Assembly: GCF_001194135.2 (NCBI RefSeq)
Contig: NC_068997.1
Location: forward strand, 43,816,537-43,871,241
Reading direction: 5' to 3'
DNA length: 54,705 nucleotides
DNA from: Octopus bimaculoides
Lineage: Eukaryota
A program made the translations under genes and the position numbers. The notes beneath the pieces were generated by a model. It had not been told where the DNA came from. It saw nothing but the letters and a program-made list of their open reading frames with translations, and ran no database searches. The stretch's first letter is position 1; each line of letters opens with the position of its first letter. This document shows positions 48,891 through 54,705 of the stretch, in pieces.

Positions 48891-51800
48891 GTAAGTATTC
48901 AATAACATGTAGTATTGTTTATATATGTGATAGATAAGCCGCCACCTCACAGTCAAAAGTGACAACTTTTGAAAAACTAAACATGGATTTTTTTCATTTT
49001 CAGACATTTTTGATTTTATTGAAACTTTCTTACACAAATGTAGTTTTCCATGCCATTTATGAAAATCACAATACTTTTCGGAGCCCTTAATAATAAAATA
49101 AGTTACAAAGGCTTAAAGACGGAATTTCTTTTGTAATTTTAACCAAACAGATTTGTCTGCATCTCAACCCTTATAGTAACCAACAGAAGAAACCATCTTA
49201 GGTCTAGAGTTAGGATATAAGAGATAGGGTTGGGTCAGAGTTGTAATTGTCAGAGGTATATTGGGGTGGGGTGGGGGGAGAAAAAAAGCTTTTTCATAAC
49301 ACTGTTACTGTGTGTAGAGAAAGGATAAATTTGATTGACTAAAATTACAAAAATATTCAGTATTTAAATGTTCAAAACCTTATTAATTTCTCTGAATAAA
49401 GGCTTATGATGTTCACAATCAGCATAAAAAAACAAAACTACAGTGTAGAAATTTTCAATAAAGTCAGATACAGTGTCAAACCAAGAATGTCAATGAGAGC
49501 TTATAGGTAAAGTGAAAGTGTTGTTATTTTTGTTAAATTATACTGGGTACAAACGAAAATTTAATATCTATTTCTTTGTGGAATTACAATAATAAATGAA
49601 AATTCAGTGGAATCACACCCAGACCTAATCTTTTCATGCTTTTTGTTTTTTTAACATCAGATTTAGAATCTGTGAAAGCGTTCATGTGAAAAGATTTTTT
49701 ATTCAAAATAATCTTACATGAAAATTCAAAATGACTATTTTATAAATGGAAATATTGAATAAATGAATGACAGTAATTTAGTGTATCAATATTGTAGTGA
49801 TAGTTCTTCCACCAAAATCTTAAAAGTAATCCTAACCACAGTGTTGTATCCCCCAATTGATAGTCTTAATATTCAAAAACAAGAGTCATGATGACAGATT
49901 TGTTACGTTTAAGATCAAACAGTGACATAAAGTGGTTAAATATTGATGAGATCTACATCTGATGGTTATTATTTATGACCAAGGATTCATAATTTTTATA
50001 TTGTATTTATTGGTATTTTTAAATTTTATTTGTTCTATACAGACTGAAAATGAAAATCAATCATAACGCTTATACAATAATAAAAAAAGAAAGCTTCGAT
50101 ATAAACTGAAAATAAATTTCACAAAATTATACAATAACTATACAGCAAACATTCATATACATGTTATCTTGACTGGGTAAGAAATGCCATTAGACATTGA
50201 CTAACTAGAATCATTCCTTTTTTAAATCGAAATAACAAAAATCATAACAAACAAAAGAAATCAGGGTCCAAAGATATTTTTTTAAAAGTTAGAGGGTGCA
50301 TGATCTGACTGCAGAAAATTATAGCACTCTACATTTCTGAGTCACCTAGTCATCTTTTCCATCACCAATTAATCTTGGACTTCAGTGTCCTAAATTGCCA
50401 GGACTGATTATAATATTACGAGTGCTTTTACTTCCTGCTACGTACAATAGCATGAAACAGGAAACTGATACATGGTTTCTCATCTGTGATGCCAAAAGAG
50501 TTATAGGATGATGCAGGAAGGAGCTCCTGTCACTCCAATAGGTATTTTTCAGGCTCCCTAAATGACACTGTCTAGAATGGGCATTTGCTTAACTCCCTAA
50601 ACATCATTATCTAGGATGGGTGCTTTTTTTCCCCGTCTAATGATGATTCGTTATAGGGCCACTGAAATTAGTGGAAGAAGGTATCTTTAAACAGGAAATC
50701 TGTCCCAAATGCCTGTCACAATGTGAGACCTACTAAAGTTACTGAAGGTACCATGTAACAGTGTTAAACCAGGTGAACAGTCTGCCACCTATTATGTAAA
50801 GCTCAGAAAAACCTTAATTTACCTTTATTGAAGTAAATTACATCAGTTTCAAAATAAGAGGTTTCATGTCGTATAGTTTACGAACAGTTCTAGGCTTGTT
50901 TACGAATAACACCTCTCATGGCTACCTGTCCCTTTTCTCTACTGGATCACTGCATGTAACCACGAGACTTACCTGAGAGCTTGATACTCACTAGATAACA
51001 TTAATAATACATAGATTAAAGTTAATAAGTGGCACAACATTAAAATGAAGAATAATAAAGAACAATCTTAAGATACAAATCCGTAACTAAATGCACTTAT
51101 TACATTATTCCTCCTCAAAATGTATAGGTTTTCTACATCCTGCTGAAATTCTAGCAATTCGCCCAAGTTGTGGATTTGATACAACTATTTTCTGTGTGCA
51201 GTAAAACTGGAGTATATTTGCATATAGCTTTCTATCAATTACAATTAAATAATTCTATTTTTAAACATGATAAATGCTTCAGTGATTAAATTGTTAAAGA
51301 TCTTTTTTTTCAAACATGGCTTTTTTTAGACAACAAAAACCCAAAATTAACGTTTCGTTTTATAGTATTTCAAAATTGAAAGTAAAATAAGCTAAAAAGT
51401 TACTTATTTAGTAAAATAAGCTAAAAAAAGTTACCTATTTACCTTTTTAGGAAAAGTACATTATTCTTGGATTTTTTTTTTTTTTGTTATTTATAAAAAC
51501 ATTTATTTTCAGTTGTTTTAAATTATCTCCTTGTCAAATATCTCTGCAATAACCTCATAGAATTTCCGTGAAATCATTTTTAATGTTATAACAAGATGAT
51601 TACAGAGATTAATTACAACAAAGATTACGTTAGAAACATGAACAGAACTTTGAAAACTCACTCGTGATAATAGTGTCACAAGAGTCAAACATGTTTGTCG
51701 TTAGTTAATTCATCTCTCCTGTCCAATTATCTTCGTGTCGTATGTGTAGAAATTACAGAAATAAATATTATAATTAGAAATGATTGATTGAAGATGACAT

Positions 51801-52027
51801 ATCTTATCGTAAACAAACTCACTACAGTTCTATTGTTGACAGTTTCTAATAAAATATCATTAACAGAAGCTACGAAAGGGTGTGGCAAAAATGTCGGAAG
51901 CAGAAGACATATTCTGTTGCTGTTTTATCTTCAGGTCGGTGGTGGTCTAGTGAATTAAAAGTATTCCTCTTATAACCATCCCGTTTTTTTCTTTTTGTTA
52001 GATATAGTATATGTACCCATATATATA

Positions 52028-52245
52028 TTACTCTTTTACTCTTTTACTTGTTTCAGTCATTTGACTGCGGCCATGCTGGAGCACCGCCTTTAGTTGAGCA
52101 AATCGATCCCAGGACTTATTCTTTGGAAGCCTAGTACTTATTCTATCAGTCTCTTTTGCTGAACCGCTAAGTTACGGGAATGTAAACACACCAACATCGG
52201 TTGTCAAGCGATGTTGGGGGGACAAACACAGACACACAAACACAT

Positions 52246-52276
<31 letters not shown>

Positions 52277-52452
52277 CATACATATATACGACGGGCTTCT
52301 TTCAGTTTCCGTCTACCAAATCCACTCACAAGGCTTTGGTCGACCCGAGGCTATAGTAGAAGACACTTGCCCAAGGTGCCACGCAGTGGGACTGAACCCA
52401 GAACCATGTGGTTGGTAAGCAAGCTACTTACCACACAGCCACTCCTACGCCT
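52028..52452 (-). mobile_element. SINE family A, intact and apparently young copy
   Basis: Complete head (A-box-like TGGCTGTGTGG, B-box-like GGTTCAGTCCC), internal (TA/TG)n and (AAAAGAGT)n-type tail; CpGs are retained. Confidence 0.95.
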
Positions 52453-52474
52453 ACATATATATATATATCCCACT

Positions 52475-52790
52475 ATCTCTGCATGCGGCAGAATGAGCAC
52501 CAACAAGAAAATTCAATCTTTGGCAAGATCACACAGAGAAAATATGTCAAGACCTGTCCATGATGTCATGTTATCTCTTAATATTTTAGGCTGCCAACCT
52601 CTGTTTCTTTTACCATTAACCATGCCTTCGAAATAGATCCTGCTGATGCCACAAACTGTTCGTTTAGTGTGGTTAAGCAGTTAGAGTACACCATTTTTGA
52701 TGATAGAGATGATGGGTGGTAATTTGGTTATTTGCCTTAGATCTTCACTTTTGGTATAGTCTGAAAGTTTGGTGTTAGTAATAAGTCACA
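52475..52790 (-). mobile_element. Decayed RTE-clade LINE ORF2 C-terminal fragment
   Basis: Minus-strand translation EDLRQITKLPPIISIIK...RIYFEGMVNGKRNRGWQPKILRDNMTSWTGLDIFSLCDLAKD* matches the RTE/BovB-type EG.V.GKR.RGR....W.DNI..WTGL motif, with in-frame stops. Confidence 0.8.
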
Positions 52791-53156
52791 TTAAATGATT
52801 CTGAAAGGCATCCAGATTTTCTAGGTAACAGATGTCCAGCTGACACATTCTAGCCCATATAAAACTACTGGAAGAACTTAGGTTTGGGTTTTGTAGATGC
52901 TTGGTTTTATGTGGTATGGGATTTGTTTTCAAGCAAGTGCAATTTTGTTCTTTTATATAAAAAAGGGTAGGATGTAGAAAGATGATTTCTATTAGGAGAG
53001 AAGTTACAGAAAAAGTGTCTATCAACAACTTATTCAACTTTTTTTATCCATAGATTTAATCAAGAAATTGAACAAAACGGGAGGAGACAGGCAATAAAAG
53101 TTACAATAGGTCAATTCTTGTGGAACCCAGCACACGTGAATTGTTTCATGTACTAG

Positions 53157-53188
53157 AAATAAATAAATAAATAAATAAATAAATAAAG
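53157..53188. repeat. (AAAT)n microsatellite
   Basis: Direct reading. Confidence 0.9.
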
Positions 53189-53323
53189 GAAATTGCTTCA
53201 CTGAATAATATAAATACAAAACTAGAAAAATGGCATTTCAAAAGAAAGTCAAAATTAAAACATTACAGAAAAGTTATCCCAACTTTTTCTTTTTTTTTTT
53301 AGTTCCTAATCTCCAATGCTTAA

Positions 53324-53539
53324 CTCTTTAGTGTTCAGATTACTCTGGCAAATGTAATACTTATTTATTCATTGCTTTGAATCAATTATGCTTTATCTTG
53401 TAGCTTCAAGATATCAATGATGTGATTGTTTGTTTTTAGAATGTCATTGTAGGGTGGGTGTGAAAGGTTGATTCTATCCAATTTCAACATAAAACAGAAT
53501 ATTTGGGTCGGATTATGGACAGTTTAAATGCTAAAATGG
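53324..53539. mobile_element. piggyBac-like MITE, copy 3 (decayed termini)
   Basis: TTAA|CTCTTTAG... with internal sequence matching copies 1 and 2; the right terminus is degenerate. Confidence 0.75.
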
Positions 53540-54645
53540 TTAGAACATACAAATCCAAAGACATTACGTTGGGCGGGGGAATGCACTAGGTATTTTCCGA
53601 CTCTATTTCCCTAAGAATGTCAGTATTAATCACACTTGTTTGTAAGTTAACACGTTTTTCAAGATGCTCAACCATAAGTATGGACATTTTTGCCCCCCCC
53701 CCCAAAAAAAAAACATGATTCGAAAAAGTTTTGAGCGGGGATTTATTTATTCATTTATTTACATGTCGAATCATAAGCTCCATTGTTTGGCTGTTAAAAA
53801 TATAGGAATCTGAAGAAATATTTGAAATAATAAAAAAAGTAAAATCAAAGACGTGTGTGGTACCTATTTGCTATGATCATTGCAAATAGTCAATATTTTC
53901 ATACTCTGATTACAATCCAAAAGAATACTAGTTATCAACTTCAGATGTTTGTTCAGTTACCTCAACTATTATTTGTGGCATTTAAACGCGTTCTACTAAA
54001 ATTGTGACTGTATTTTCATTCACTGATCGAACAATACATTTCGATCTCTTTCCCCTGTAACTCGTTTATTCATTTTATTAATTATTTTGGTTATATGAAA
54101 AATTACTTGGTACTATATGTTTTAAACATTGCAAATTACTATTCTGAGCAAAGCTGTCTTAGCAAAATTTCAATTGTTTTCATCTCCCACCCACTTCAGA
54201 GTATGGTTGGACATTCGGAATAGTGAAATTTAAGTTTTGGACAGGATTTTTCAAATTGTTTTGCATGCGTATTTCTGAAACCATGATATATTTGATCCCA
54301 TTATACTTTTCTCCAATTAAGTATTTTTTCTCTTCTTTTCTAAATTTTAAATGATTGAAATTATTGTATTATAAATACTTTCGAATTTCCCATTTGTTTT
54401 TCACACATCACCTAAGTTAGATTTTTTCTTAATTTTGAAAGGTACAATGAAAAAGGAGTGGGTTAAGAATTTTTTTTTTAATTTGCGAATTACAAGTGCT
54501 TCAGAATGTGAAATACAATAAAACAAAGTTAAAAGAAGAAAAAACATAATTTTAGTGGTGATTGCTGTCCCAAAGGCATGATGAAGGAGAGAGCAGACGT
54601 TTGAAAGACATGGATTAAAGTCTCCCCTACATTTGAAATACGTAA

Positions 54646-54665
54646 TTTCTCTCTCTCTCTCTCTC

Positions 54666-54705
<40 letters not shown>
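54646..54705. repeat. (CT)n microsatellite running off the window end
   Basis: Direct reading. Confidence 0.95.

Noticed and set aside
49261-49280. G-quadruplex GGGGTGGGGTGGGGGG
   Set aside because: Only three G-tracts; isolated and without context.
50640-50745. C/D-box snoRNA (ATGATGA...CTGA...CTGA)
   Set aside because: No terminal stem and no recognisable rRNA or snRNA antisense element.
50965-50985. ACTTACCTG resembling the U1 snRNA 5' end
   Set aside because: No downstream U1 sequence; it is better explained as a minus-strand donor site.
52028-52452. SINE heads as functional tRNA genes
   Set aside because: A- and B-box-like motifs only; no complete cloverleaf, and they continue into the SINE body.
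54570-54615. ATGATGAAGG...GAAAGAC as a hammerhead
   Set aside because: No credible stem II or stem III.

Overview
AT-rich, repeat-dense eukaryotic genomic DNA from a draft assembly with ten N-gaps. The SINE families and microsatellite load look like a coleoid cephalopod, most likely Octopus; this is inferred from pattern recognition, not a database search. No protein-coding gene can be named. Nearly all supplied ORFs are artefacts of N-runs, microsatellites or SINEs. Well supported from the sequence: many copies of several tRNA-derived SINE and retroposon-tail families; decayed LINE ORF2 fragments (CR1/L2-like at 14.0-14.9 kb, an RT core at 27.9-28.1 kb, an RTE-like C-terminus at 52.5-52.8 kb); and non-autonomous DNA transposons (hAT with 8-bp TSD, piggyBac-like TTAA MITEs, a mariner deletion derivative). 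Less certain: a possible divergent promoter at 20.7-20.9 kb, with a minus-strand exon chain giving a signal-peptide-like start and a plus-strand first coding exon. Most worth follow-up: three decayed minimal type I hammerhead-ribozyme motifs of the Penelope type; a recurring set of local inverted duplications and foldbacks; stacks of one SINE family on (AAT)n tracts; and a 22-bp minisatellite carrying let-7 8-mer seed matches.
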